From Lama guanicoe (taxonomy: Eukaryota), in contig MU053629.1 in NCBI GenBank assembly GCA_013239625.1, positions 3,313,567 through 3,377,566 of the forward strand: DNA of 64,000 nucleotides, written 5' to 3'. Made by a program: the position numbers and the translations under genes. Positions 1-13,325 of the stretch are shown here, piece by piece (the stretch's first letter is position 1; each line of letters opens with the position of its first letter). The notes below the pieces were generated by a model. That model saw nothing but the letters and a program-made list of their open reading frames with translations, did not search any database and was not told where the DNA came from.

Positions 1-1239
1 TTCAGCAGAAAGGAATGATGCCTGCATGTCCCCTGAGACAGCGCCCCCCAACATGCACTGGAGGGTCAGCCCGACAAGGAGATCCATCACCCCAGCCCCA
101 GACCTGTGGGGCTCTCTCTGGCTCCAATGCTGGCCTTGGCTCTTCACAGTGAGCAGGGGGAAGGGCCGAGGCAGAGGGAGAGGACGCATGCGCGTCTGTG
201 AGTATGTGGAGGGTTTGTGGGGACAGGTCCTGTGTGTGTGAATCGGAAGCACGCCCTGCAGACGGGCCCTGACCCCTCCCTCCGCCCCTCTGCCTGCATC
301 CCCCACCGTTCAGCCATCCGGGAGCTCCCCCTTTCCACAGCACCCCGAGAGGGCTCCCTCTCTTGCCAAGCACCAACCCTGACGTGGCATCTTATTCTGC
401 TGACCTAAGTCTAATTTACTTGGGGGAAAAAAATCTTCCCTGGCCCCCAAATCAAATCACTCAGGGAAGGAAGAGGGTTGAAAGGAACCAGGGGAAATAA
501 ATGTATTCAGCAAGTGTATTTTTATTCCAGTAAAACTTGATTTAATAACCACCATGAATATTTCATTTGCAAGAGGCTGCCCTCTTCCTGCAGCCTGCAC
601 TGGTCTCCGGCCAAGTCTGCCCCCCCTGCCCCGGGGGCGGCACAGGCCCCTGCTCCGGCCCCCGGGGCAGCTCTCGGAGGAGATGGAACCACAGGCCCCC
701 TCTGCCTCCCTGCCATCACCAAACCAGCTCCTCAGGGGGCCTGGCCTGGTATCAAGACTAGGGCAACACCGAGAGGTTGGGATGGAGAGCTGGGTTCAAA
801 TGCTTGCACCAGGACTGAATCGCCGGTTGACCTGGGTCGGGTTCCCTCACTCTCTGAGCCTCTCCCCATCTTACTACATTCCTATGAGGATCAGTAAAGA
901 CACAAGGGATGTGAACAACTTTATATCCATCAACAGTTATCCTTCCTAGGGCCTGAGGGCCAGGGTACGAGTTATCCAGAAACTTTCATCTCCCCAACAC
1001 CTGTCCCTTTCTGGATCAAGCTTTGAAGCCATTTCCACTGCGATTCCTCTCCTGCCATCCCAAACCAGGCCATGACGCTGCAACTCCGCAAACCTCAGTG
1101 GTGGTGGGAGGGGCGGAACTAGGAAGAGGACAGTGGGCATCTGTCATTTTGACAGTACAAAGGTACCCCTTCCCCAGGCTCAGGCCATGTGGAGAGGGTG
1201 GGGCTGATTCCACCCTTGGTCCCAGAAGGAGGGCCCGTG

Positions 1240-1656
1240 GCCCAAGCCTGGCCAGTCAGAACATGCCATTCCCTGGTCACTGCAGCTGGCTCTGGGATGG
1301 GCATATGTCCCTATCAGGCCAGTGCCACTCAATCCTGGGGCTTCTGCTGGAACAATTAGATAAGAGGATGCTTTCTCTATAGTGGGGATGTTAAGCTGGG
1401 AGACTGCAGACCTGGGGCTGTTAGTGCCCGTCTCTGCCATTCCTTTGGGAAGAGAGCACTGGAGGATGAAGTCAACACAAAGGAAAAGTTGGGGCCAATT
1501 ACTGACATCGTTTGAGCCCCACCATGATGCAGCTGTGCCTGAAGCAACGCCCACCTCTGTGCTTTTCAGTTACAAAAGGCAATAAGTTCCCTTTTCTGCC
1601 TAAGCCACCTTACGTTGGGTTTCTGTCACTTGCAAGGAAAAAGCACTGATTAATGC
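1240..1656 (+). mobile_element. MaLR solo LTR relic (MLT1J/K-like)
   Basis: Typical MLT1 3' end: ttttcagttac...caataagttcccttt...ctaagcca...gttgggtttctgtcacttgcaa. Confidence 0.65.
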
Positions 1657-3954
1657 CTGGGAGCTGAAGTATCTCTTTTCGTTTCACTAATCAAAGCCTT
1701 CTACCTCCCCAGGAAAATGTTTGGGGAAAGTGGGGTATCAGCTTGGAAGAAATGGTGGGCTTCACGCTGGTTCATCCCAGTCCCCTTACCGCTGGAGGCT
1801 CCTTTAAGAATTCAAATGCCATCAGAGGCAGCGGTACTGGCTCCTCTGAGGGAATCCCAACATCGCTCAGGGAATTGGTGTAGGGCCCTATAGGGACAAG
1901 TCTTGGGGTTGCCCCACCCCTACCTCACCAACCATTCTTGTTCCCTGATGGTGTCACCAAACAACCAGTCAATCAGTCAGTCAATCAACAACATAGGTGT
2001 GGGGAAGGATGGGGTCAGGATCAGGAAATCTTGGGCAGGTCAGGTGCCTCTCTGAGCCTCAGTCTCACTGTCAGGGAGATGGGAGGGTTAAACAAGATGA
2101 ACTCAAACCCACTCGAACATCATTTACATTTGAGAGTCGTTATTATGTTTAGACTTGGGGAAATAAAAATAAAGGCCTCTGTCCTTAACTGCATGATCTC
2201 TTTCACACAATAAAATAAAGCAGAAAGCAAACAAACAAAAAGAAACAAACAAAACAAAAATCCAAAACACCAATCCATAAATGCTGTCCTCAAAGCAAAA
2301 TCTGAAGTACAGGAGAACTGACCAGGGTTGGTCTGCGAGCTCCTCCGTGGCCCTGAGAATGAGGAGCAAAGAGGCTGTGTCTCAGGGGGACGGAAGATCA
2401 GCCGGTTCCCCGGGGCCTCCAGCCTGACGGGTCTTCTACAGGAGACTCTGGGCATCAGAGGAGTTTCCCAGATGCCCCGCCTTCCCAAGCTGGCTTGGCA
2501 AAGTGTGGAACTAAGACCCAGGTGAGCTGGTGTGAAAACTCGGGAGGAGAAGGGGAGGAGAGGGGAGCACAGGCGCTTGGGGGAGCTCCTTGCTCTCTGC
2601 CCACTATTTCTTCCACTTGCAAGAGTTTGCTAACTTCGAAGTAGTTTCTGGCAAGACAGAAAAATGTCTCTCAAGTCAGAGGGTGGCTTGAGGCTGGAGT
2701 GGGGGGAGGGGGAGGTCCAGGGAAGGGCTGGCACTGGGGGGGGGGGCAGGGACAGCCATGGGAGGGCTCTTGGGTCCGCTGGGGATGGAGGGCACGGCGC
2801 AGTTGCGCAGACTAGGGCCAGCCCAGCAGGTGAGCAGGTCCAGAGGCTGTGTCAGTGTTTAAGATCAGGGATATAAAGTCCCCTGCAAACGGAACAGACT
2901 GCCACCCAGCCCCGGCTCACAGCTAGCTGAGCTCAGGGTTCCGTCCTGCAGGTAAGGCCTGGCAGTGTGGGATCTGGACGTGGTGGCAGGTCTGCTGACT
3001 AATCTATCGTATGAGCCTTCCAGGGCCACCACGTAAGGTAGCGCAGGAAGTTTACTGCTGAAGAGTGCCCGGTGGAGGGGCCCGTGGGGGCTGGACCCAG
3101 CCTGTACTTCATTCTCCATGTCACGTGCCCCAGCACAGGGCTAGGTCCTCCCAGAGGGAGAGGCACCCCAGGGGTGGGCCCTGCTGTCTCTCTAGGTGCA
3201 TGAGCAAACAGTCCCGAGGACAGGGAGGGGTGCCGGGGCCGAGACGTCCACGACCATGACTATGACCATGGACAGAGCCCCCTCCCCCTTTGAGTCTGGG
3301 CTAGACGGTGGTCTCTTCTCCTGAAGACACACCTCTGGCCCCCTCTCCCCCTCTGTCCAGACTTAGGGACCCTGTTCTCCCAGAAGCAAAATATGAGCCA
3401 GTCCCTCCACCTCTTCCCACCCCCGCAAACACATCCCATCCTGGACCCAGTACCACGTGGAAAGTCCCCTAAGGAAAGAGAAGGGCGTGCGGCCCAATTT
3501 CTGTTTGGCCTGGGACTGGGGCCCGTTCTCCATGACTGATAATTCCAAGGTGTTCTCGCTCATTGGGAAGAAAAGACTTTCAAAAAAATAAAAGGACGGT
3601 CCCATTTGTAAAATCTCCTCCTCCGCCCCCTCCCCCTCCTTCCTCTCCTCTCCTGATCTCAGTACCATCAAGAGAGCCCCTGACTCCCAAGTTCGTCGGA
3701 AACCAGGGAGCCGGTCTGGACACCTTCCTCTTCTCTGCTCTCTGGAACTAAGGTGTCATGTGCCCCTTGGCACATTCACTTGCCATTCAGGCCCAGCCAT
3801 TTCACAACTAGCTCATTGCCCCTTTCTTCCCGGTGTTCCCTGGACTCGGCCTCCAGCCCACCTGGTTCACCTGTAAAGCGAGAGGCTTGGCCTGGGTGAC
3901 CTGTAAGCTCCCACCTTAGCGCTGATGGTCATGATCAATGGTCTAGCTGTGCTT

Positions 3955-4135
3955 TGACTACATTATTGGGTCTCAGATCCTTTTAAGAATCTGATGACAG
4001 TTGTGGACTGTCCCTATTCAAATGCATGCACACATACATCCAGTTTTGCACGTAGTTTCAAGTTTAGTTTCAAGACCATAGTTTGCATGGTCTTCCTGGG
4101 GGTCGAGGTCCACAGACTACAGCTTAAGAATTTCT
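3955..4135 (-). mobile_element. hAT-Charlie MITE (MER103C-like)
   Basis: gggtctcagatccttttaagaatctgatgacag...gcacacatac...ttttgca...gtccacagactacagcttaagaa resembles the reverse complement of the recalled consensus. Confidence 0.55.
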
Positions 4136-5479
4136 GGGGCCTCTGGGCTTGGGACAAAGCCCAGACGGAGGTCCTGTTTTTTCACCATCCTCTGGACAGA
4201 GTCCAGGGGCAGCTGCTGATTGCCCTGCATTCCAGGTTGCAGTAAACTGCCCAGCAGCTCGGGGCCTGGGGCTGGAACCTGCCTGGAAGAAGCAGGGCTG
4301 TATCCACGAGAGCCACGAGACGTGGCCCTGCAGGGTAACCCAGTTTGTCGGAGGCCCAGCTGGGACTGGAGAATGTCGCCATGTGCCTGAGCCACATGCA
4401 GACCCAGTTAAAAGGCAGGCTCATGGGTGGTCAGGTGTGAGGAAGCCGGCCAGGGCGTCAGGCTGGGGAATACAAGGGATCTGTTTGGATCTGAGAGGCA
4501 CTTTATGAATCCCTCCTAGCCGGCCTTTCTGAATGGAGAAGCCTCCCAAAGACTCTCAGCCGCGGTAGCAAAAAGGCTCCTCTGTCTTTGCTCGCTGCCG
4601 AGTTTGCAGAAATCCAAGCGGGGTCGGAGTGCCCCTGAGTGTGCGCAGAACAAAAACGGCAGAATCAATGGGCTGGATGACGGGCCCTGCTGCAGTGGGT
4701 GGATAATAGCGGCCAAGCGCCAGTTTCTCAGACCAAATGACCTGACCCCGCGCTGTCAGAAAGTGCCAATCACAGGGGATTAAAACCAGCCGGGGACACA
4801 GCCCCGAGGAGAAAGGCCTGAGGCTGGGCTAACAGCCAAGAATGGGGCTGGGGATGTCGGGGAGGGTGGCGGGCCCTTCCCCTGGAGGCCTTGGGGGAGA
4901 CAGACCGGGCTGCCCTTGGCAGGCTGAGGATGGAGGAGGCAGGGGCTGGGACCAGCGCAGGAAAGGGTGGGACAGCAGGGATGGAAATGACCAGCAAAAG
5001 CAAGGAAGGGGACAGCAGGGAGGAAGTGTAGGCTCAGGGTGGGGCTAGTTTACTCCTGGGGGGCTGTGAGCAGACTTGGGAGTCAGACTGAATCTCACTG
5101 ACCCAGCACCGTCTGTCCTCCGGGAGCTTAAGCCAAACGCTGGAAGAATTTTTAAGAGCCACAAAGTCTCCCGAAGCCTCAGGCTTCCATTTAGAGTTCA
5201 GGTGCTTTGGGGAGCATGGTTGCCCAGAACAAATCCCCCCGGATGAGGACAACCCTAGCATCTTCAGAGTTCTGAACCTGCAGCCACCCTTGGGGCTCCT
5301 CAGCCTACACACACACACAGTCTCACCTAAGCCCAGGAAGTGGAGTTACCACTGGGACCCAGGGAGCACACTGAGACCAGTAAAAGAAGTGACCTTTCCA
5401 GAGTCATACAGCTGGTCAGAGGAGTCTCCACAGGCCCCAGGTTCCCTGTGAGGCAACGTCTGTGATCATGAGCCTGGCA

Positions 5480-5670
5480 TTTACTCCATGCCAGGCCCTG
5501 TGCTAAGCCCTTAACGTGCATCACGCTGTGGATTTGCTTTAAGAATGCTGTCATATTACCTCATCTTGCAGATGTGGAAAGTGTAAATCAGAGAGGTGCA
5601 GTAACTTGCCCAAGGTCACACAGGGTGCCAGTGGCCAAGCCAGGATTTGAACCCTGGTGGGTGTGGCTTC
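5480..5670. mobile_element. MIR SINE
   Basis: MIR core: catcttgcagatgtggaaagtg...cagagaggtgcagtaacttgcccaaggtcacacag...caggatttgaaccc. Confidence 0.8.
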
Positions 5671-6934
5671 AGAGCTTGTGAAAATCAGCTGTGAAAGGAC
5701 TTTGTAAATTGCTTTGTGGGTGTCAGTTACCAGCACTGGGACCGGGCAGGGGGTACTGTGGGAAGCAGAGAGAGGAAGACAGAGGATCTCCATTCCTCTA
5801 AGTTAAGTGAGCCAGAGGCAAACTGGGTCTTGCTGAAGGTGGACTAGGTACCCATCTGGGTGGAGGAGTGGGGCTGTGGGGGTGTGTGTGTTAGTGGGGG
5901 GAAGATGGCAGGCCCCTCCCTGCAATTCAGCCTCCCACCACCCATGCTAATGGCCTACGGGGGAAATCCTCTACGAGAGGTGACTTTCTGCTTCTCTGAG
6001 ATCACAGCCTGGCCCGAGTAAGCCCCCTCACTGGATAATGAAGATGTATCCCAGCCAGGTCTGCCCAGAAAGGATGTTAACTAAATGAAGATGGCAGTTC
6101 AGTGACTGTGGAGTTTGTATCGGGGCCAAATTGAACTCTCCCTTCCAGCATGGAGATGCAAAACTTGGGCCGGTGCCCAAGAAAGGGGGAACACGCACGC
6201 CCACACATAGACACATTCATCCCCCGTCTCCCCACAGTTCCTGGTCGCTGGCAGCCACCTCAGGGGAGGGGCTGGTTCCCTGTGGACTCTGGGGTGGGGG
6301 CCTCCTCCTGGCCGGCTCTAGCCTGGCTTATTGAAACCCACGCTGGGCCCCTCAGTCAGCCTAGAGGCAGAGAGGAGAGGGGAGGGGCTGGGATGTAGAA
6401 AGTGCAGATGGGAGGGGCTTGATGCAAGGGGATCCAGAAGGTCTCCTGTCTTTACCCTCAGGACAAAGGTAGCATAGTAGAGTCAGACTGGGTTCCAGTC
6501 TAGCTCTTACAAGCTTAAGTGACCTCGAGCTAAAAACCTAAAGCTCTCCAAGCCTCAATTTCTTAATCTACAAAGTGGGAGTGATAATGAAACCTGCCAG
6601 CCAGATCCTGGCCAGGCAGTGCTGTGTGAATCGTTAAGCGATGGGCCTCCTTTTGCCCCGCAGGCTGCTCAGAGCCTGCCCTCGTCCCTGAGACCCAGCC
6701 CGGGCTCACAGACCTGAGTATTTGCGAACCTCTGACCCAAGCCCCCAGCACCTGCTTCCCAGCCTCTGGTGATCCTTCTCTCCAAACCCCACCATAATGG
6801 AGAATTCCTGGCCCACCTGTTCCCCGAGGTGATAATTAACCATAATGCCTCCCAAGCCCAGGGCGCGCAGCACTGAAAACCACGCGGGAGTGGGGAGAGA
6901 GGCCTGACTAGCACTGGGTAGGACGTCCAGAACC

Positions 6935-7245
6935 AGTTTCATCACCTTGGCTGCACATGAGAATCACCTAGGGGAACTTACAGGCACCATTGCTAAGGTC
7001 CAGCCCCAGATCTTGATTCAGATCTCTAAGGTGTGGCCTGGGCAGGGGATGCTAACATGCAGCCAATGTGCAGACCCTCTGTCTAGAGACAAGGCTTTCT
7101 GAACTTTAACGTGTGTGCCAGTCACATGGGAGGTCTTGTTAAAATGCAGATTCTGACCCAAGTGGTCTGGGGTGGAGCCTGAGATTCTGAATCCCTAACA
7201 AGCTCTGGGGATCTTGCCACTGCAGGTCCCAGGACTGTACTTTGA
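6935..7245. mobile_element. Adjacent MER5-type hAT-Charlie MITEs
   Basis: ttggctgcacatgagaatcacctagggga and cttgttaaaatgcagattctga...ggtctggggtggagcctgagattctg motifs. Confidence 0.7.
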
Positions 7246-9079
7246 AGGCACCTTGGCTTTGTCTTCTCTCTTCCTCGTCGGCCCTAACAGGCTTCTCCTG
7301 CAGCGTGTACACTCTCGGTAAACACTTGCAGTATTTAACGCGCTCCTATTCAGACAGTGATGAATCTGGAGTCTGATGATGGCCTGTATTTGAATCCTAG
7401 TTTTACTGTTCCAGCTCTCTGGATTAGGGCGAGGCTCTTAATAGCCAGGCCCCAGGCCTCAGTCTATGTACCTGTAAAATAGGTACTCTGTGACTGCCCC
7501 GAGAGCCTCGCAGGATCAGTGGCGAAAATACGGCATCATGTATATGAAACAAATTGGTATTAATATTCTTTTTTTCTCTTTCTCCTACCTGCCACTGAAG
7601 GGCACACATAACACATATCCCACCTTCGTGATGTCTTAGTGCCTCTAATCGAGCCGATTATCTTTGGCAACCCTCAGGCCCCAGCACCCTGGCAGCCCTG
7701 AAATCAAGTGGGCACTGGCCGTGCTGGCCACGCAGACCCTCCTGGCCTCCCCTTGCAGCTCCTGATCCCTGGCCTGGCCAGAAAGCTCACTCAGAAACAA
7801 GCATGCTTCCAGATTTAGAGACACACAAAGACTCAGAGGACCTGGGTTCAAATCCTGACTTGGCCCTTTCCAGTCCACATTCGGGCTCTCAGCGACCCTC
7901 ATTAACAATCAGCCTCCAATCACTGTCCTCCGAAGCAGCACTGGGCTGTGACACCTGCACACCAGTGTCTTCAAGCTGACCCTGCCTGCAGATGGGCAGG
8001 AAGGCGGGGCGGGGGAACCCAGGATAAGGCAAGGCTCCGGGAGCTCATTCTCCTTTTGTGAACCATAACCATTCACTGCGACTTCAGGTGCCACCCTTCC
8101 CTGCTCACAGTGCCAGAGCCCCAGCTCCACCCTCTGCCCCACCTCCATCCCATCACACCCTGTCTCGGTGCCACAGCCTCAGCAGTGCCTCAGAACCACG
8201 ATCCAGACTCAACAGGTCCTGGGTGGGGGTGGCAAGAATCTGCCCTTTTCTTTTTAAGTTCTCAATGGTGCTGATGCATGGTCGAGGCTGAGAACCACTG
8301 CCGTCCGTCCTGTCTGCTGCCCTGTGCTGATGCCCATTTGAGAGCCCTGGGTTTAGAATCAGAAACCCCAGGTTCGAGTTCTGACTTTGCACCTTAAGCC
8401 ATGACCTAATGTGAGTCACTTAACAGAGCTGGGCCTTGATTTCCTCACTGCAAAATGGGGATGGTGAAGCCAGTCATCTTGGAGGATGATTCAGGGTCAA
8501 AATAGATCAAGAGTGTGGAAACACTCTGGTAAGATGGATCCACCACACAAATAAAGATGCTCTGGGAACTGTGGTACCAGGGAGCCCACCAGCATCCTCC
8601 CAGAGTCCACGCATCCAAACCACCCCAGGCCCAGCCAGCCAGGAACCACCTGTGGTCCCTCCAAGGGTTCCTGGGATGATGTTGCAGGCTCCCCCTGCTG
8701 GCTGAGCCTTACTTTTGCAGCTGACTCTCCATCCTCTCTCCCAGTTCCTCGTGTACACACTATGCTTTTCCCCCTTCGTGCCTTTGCTCAAGCTGTAACC
8801 TCTGTGTGAGTTGCTCTTCCTCCCTTCTCAGGTTCAAAGCTCAGTCATCCCTTCCAAGGCCACCTCAATAGCACGTTCTCCGGGAAGATGTCTCTTACTG
8901 TGCTCAGTATTCTCTTGGAGCCATGTGTACACGTGCCTTACTGAACCATGAGCTCCCTGAGGACAGGGACCTTGCCTTGGCATCTTGGTAGCCCCTGCGG
9001 CACCCAGCACAGATCCCGGCACGTAGCAAGTACCCATTAAAGGTCTTCTATAACACAGAACAGGCACCCTGGCGAGAAA

Positions 9080-9745
9080 GCCAATAAATGCAAATTCATG
9101 CAACACAGAGGTCCTACTTTATGCTTCGTAAATGAGCAATTTAGGGGGAAAAAAATGCTAACGTGCACCACTGACAGTGTTACGCTGAAATTGGTACACA
9201 CATTACTGATGATGTTGATAACGGGGACGATCATTTTGGAAAGCAATGTGGTAACACACATCAAGGGTTATAAAAGTGTTCATTGCCTTTGACCCAGTAA
9301 TCCCACTCGTAACACTGTATCCAAAGGAAATCACTCAAAAGAATAACAAGTGTTATATATGCATAAAGATACTCATTGCAACATTATCTGTAATAGTCCC
9401 AAACGGAAAACAACCTAAACGTTCAACAATAATGGAATTGTTAAGTAAATTATGGTATATAAACTCAACCAACTATTATGCAGCCATTGAAAATATTCAC
9501 GAAAACTATGTAACGTGGAAAAATGCTTATGATAAAATGTGAAATAAAAAACGCAGAATGTAAAATTATATGCGCATTATAACTATGTAATAATAAAAAT
9601 AAAGGCGTGCTGACATGGATCAAAAGGGATCCGGCAAAATGAAATTAATTATTGTATTAAGGTGGAGGGACCTACAGCTGATTTATTTTTAATTTTGAAC
9701 ATTTCCTGTAAGACTGTTATAAGGCCATTTGCACAACGCAAAAGT
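9080..9745 (+). mobile_element. Ancient L1 (L1ME-like) fragment: ORF2 C-terminus plus 3' UTR
   Basis: ORF 9276-9542 (FDPVIPLVTLYPKE...KQPKRSTIMELLSKLWYINSTNYYAAI) aligns with the L1 ORF2p C-terminus (FDPAIPLLGIYPKE...QPKCP...WIKKMWHIYTMEYYAAI). Confidence 0.85.
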
Positions 9746-10214
9746 TAAATAGCCAAACAATAAATGTCTGTCAAATGAATGTAAAGGGAGGGAGATGAGG
9801 GAGAGTGGTGTTGTTTGAGGGGCTGTGGACCCCACTTCAGCTCTATCCTAGCATCCTGGGCTAGATTCCCTGTGGTCCAAATAAACAGTGGGATTCTCGA
9901 TGGGGCTAAGCCATAGAGACACGTGGCCATGCAAGCACAGAATTACTCTGCCTTTTTGGGTGCTCCTAAACGATTTAGGGTACCTTTTGGGGAAGGTTAG
10001 ATTTTCTCAGTCTTCCAGAAGCCCATGCTGCCCTGCAGTGCACCAGTGGGGAAAGGGCCAGGGAGGGGTTCTGAGGGTGCTCAAGTTCAAGGGGCTGAGG
10101 GTGCGCAAGGTCTTCCGGCCAGGGCCTCGCCCACAGAGACAGGCTAAGCTTAGTAAGAAGTGAGAAGCCTTTCTCTCCACACCCACCCATCCTTACCTCT
10201 AAGCTTTGAGAAGC

Positions 10215-10325
10215 TACATCCGTGTGCTTGAGACAGTCCCAGTTTTCATCTGTTGTCCTGGCATAATTATTAATAGCTCCTTTTATCTCCAAAGCATCCC
10301 AGCTGGGACATGGTCACATTACCCA
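10215..10325. mobile_element. hAT-Blackjack MITE (MER94-like)
   Basis: gagacagtcccagttttcatctgttgtcctggcataattattaatagc...gggacatggtcac. Confidence 0.6.
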
Positions 10326-10914
10326 AACCACAAAGAGCAAGAAAAAAAAGAGGAAAAATTGCTTCCGCGACTGATGAACGAGGCAGGGAGGGTATCTATC
10401 TTCTGGGGAATCCAGACCCAGAGATGTAAGTGTTTTAGGTGGTTTTGCCCACTTTCCCTCCCCACCACCATTTCATAGCTCCCAGGAGTCGCCTCTATCC
10501 TGGGCGTCTTGTAGGGGACGTCCGTGCCTTTATTCTCCCCTATCAGCATCCTTTGTCTGCATCTCTCCACTGACACTGACGCCCTCCTAGGGCTTCCTGC
10601 TTCCAATGACTGTGTCTCTTTTCTCCTGAATTCTTCAAGGCTGAGCCATCCCTTTCCCTCCTCTGAACCTCTCCCTCCTGCTAACAGAGATTTTCAGTTT
10701 AAATCAGGTATCCTTCCCTGTCTCCTGGGCACCAGCTCATCCTCTGCTGAGCCAGTTGAATTTCTTGCTCTATTCCTGGGGACATTTTTCACCCGTCCTT
10801 TCTCCAACCAATGTTATCTCAGTGCTAAGCGGGATCATAATTCTGCCCAATGTCATGGGAATTCCCGGCAATCTGTTGCTTCTGACAGTGACGAAGTCCT
10901 TCCAGCTCATGTGC

Positions 10915-11255
10915 CTGAGCGCACACTCACAGACAGATTAAGGCATGACTTTTCACATACCCACACCACACATCTGTGATCCATGTGCTACATATGTACC
11001 ACGCGCAAAATTTGCAGGCACTTACACGACACGTCCAGCAGACGCAACATCCCCCCATCACACATACAGATCGTATACATATCAAAATTAGCCTGGAAAG
11101 CCCAGCCCTTACGGACTCATACTATGCAAACACCACACATGACATTTACCCCATATATGTCATATACATGCCTGAGACCACACATCTATCACACACTCTA
11201 CTCACATATCACAAGCGTGCACGCACGCACGCGCACCTGCGCGCACATGTCCCAC
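10915..11255 (+). repeat. Degenerate CA/CATA-rich low-complexity tract
   Basis: Repeated cacac, catac and cacgcac units. Confidence 0.75.
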
Positions 11256-12327
11256 AGGAAGGCTTTGGGGCTCTTGTGTTGTCAAGATCCCACGCAGGGA
11301 AAAATGCTTAATTCTCGCCACAGAGACCGTGTCCCCCACCAAAGCTGCACAAGGACTTCAGCAAGGAGCGTTCATTACTGCTAACGAGCATTACATGCCT
11401 AATTGATTCCCAGGCTTAGCTTGAGGATCTGACCCAGAGCCTGATTTCCATTCAGGGAAGAATAAAAGGAGAGCTAAAAGGGCTCATGTCCTGGGTTAGG
11501 ACGACTTCAGGACAACTTGCATTTGCCCATCCTGTCCCCATACCCAAACCCAAACCACCTGATGTGAGATCAGCAGACGGCATCCAAGTGGTGGGCGGCT
11601 GGGTCTCCCTCCCGACTGCCTTTCTGAAGCATTAGGACCAAATCCTCAAAGTTAGAATGTCTTACGAGCATCTTTTGAAGGGGTCCGTGCTCCACCAAGT
11701 ACAGATGCCTTCAATTCGGGATAGAGAAGAGCATCTTCCCAGCACCTACTAACACTTGATTCTCCCCAGTGCACGTTCCTCGACGTGTGGGAGACCTCTG
11801 CCCATTTGTGTACAGCCAGGACCATCTACACCCAGGTGGCTTTTCCTCCGTGAGATACAGCAGAGGATATGCAAGGCTCTATGACTTTGCAAGGGGCAGC
11901 TTGGGTACAGGGTTAGCAAACTTGAGACCCTCATGGCAAACTCTGCCTTCGGATCAGTCTCCCTCACTCAGCCTGGGCTGGGGTTCTACCCAGCACTCTG
12001 CCACCAACAGATCACAGGTGGTGGGCAGATTGAGAACTGTGCGCTTTTCCCAGAGAAGCACTGCCACTGCATCCAGGGATTTACTGGGGGCAGGAGGGGC
12101 GGGTGGAGAGACCATCCAGATGCAAACCACAGTGGAAAGGCAGTAAGGACGTATGGGGGTGAAGCCAAGCTTCGGCATGAAGCCAGCCGACCTTGACTCC
12201 GGTCCACATGCTGCCAGCCACTGAGCACGTGACCTTGGGCAACCATTTATCTCCTCTGGGCCTCAGTTTCCAAGTGTGTGAAATAGGATAACGGCAGCAC
12301 ACTCCTCCTGGGGTGGTTGTGTGGTTT

Positions 12328-12430
12328 GCTTGTTGTTTGTTTGTTTGTTTTCATGGAGGTGCTGGGGATTGAACTCAGGACCTCACGCACGCTAAGCACG
12401 CGCTCTACCACTGAGCTACCCCCTCCCCCT
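12328..12430 (-). mobile_element. Vic-1-type tRNA-derived camelid SINE inserted into a MIR
   Basis: Reverse complement reads ggggagggggtagctcagtggtagagcgcgtgcttagcgtgcgtgaggtcctgagttcaatccccagcacctcc with an (AAAC)n tail. MIR sequence lies on both sides (12195-12500). Confidence 0.85.
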
Positions 12431-13325
12431 TGCTGTGCAGTTTAAATGAGCCGATGTGCACAGAGGATGTAGCAAAGTGCTTGGCACAGAGCAAGAGCTT
12501 CATAAGTAATAGTACAGAGTTGTCTTATTATTGTATTAGTATATTATGATTATTTCTGGCGGGGCTACTCCTACTGCTCCCAGTACTACTGTTATCACAC
12601 TGGTCTCCCTGTTGCGGCGTTTAGACTCCTCCGTATGGCACTAAAACCACCCTCTGCAGTGTGGCCTCACCCTGAACACTCCACCTTCCCCTACACAATT
12701 GTTTCCCTCGCGCGAACTAGCCTGGTCTCGCTCTCACTCCCACCTCCGGGCCTTTGCTCGTGAGGCCCCCTGGCCTGCAGGCCCCTCTCCCTGCTGTGTC
12801 GAGCCACATCTTATCCCTCCTTCAAAGCCAGAGCTCTTCTCCAGTCTCCACGATGAACCACCCCGCCACCCCACTACCGCTCACATCGAAGTCCCTCCAC
12901 GTGCAATTTCTATGGAGTTTATGCCTATTATGAAATATTTTAAATATACACAAAATAATGAAACAAATACCCATGCACCCACCACTGAGCTCAAAAAAGA
13001 AAAGCCACAGAAACAACGGAAGTCTGCCAGTTCCCTCCCTGGTCTTGCTTCTCTCGTTCTTCCCAGAGGTAGCTGACATCCTGCACGTGATGCTCCGTGC
13101 CTTGTTTTCCCCAGGGATGAGAATAGTCCCGACCTCACAGAGTTGTTGTGAAGACAAAGTGAGTTCTCATGTGGAAGTACCCAGAACAGTGTCTGGTGTA
13201 TAGTTAGTGCTCCTTGAGGGTAAGCTAGGACAGCCTGGGAATTCTCCATCCCATGACTGGGTGAGGGAGAAAGTGGGGGAGGGTCGCAAACTCAGGACAG
13301 AGTTCTCCCATCGGAACAGTAGATA

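Noticed and set aside
9088..9095. Octamer ATGCAAAT as independent enhancer evidence
   Set aside because: It corresponds to the M-Q-I codons present in L1 ORF2 consensus, so it is inherited from the element.
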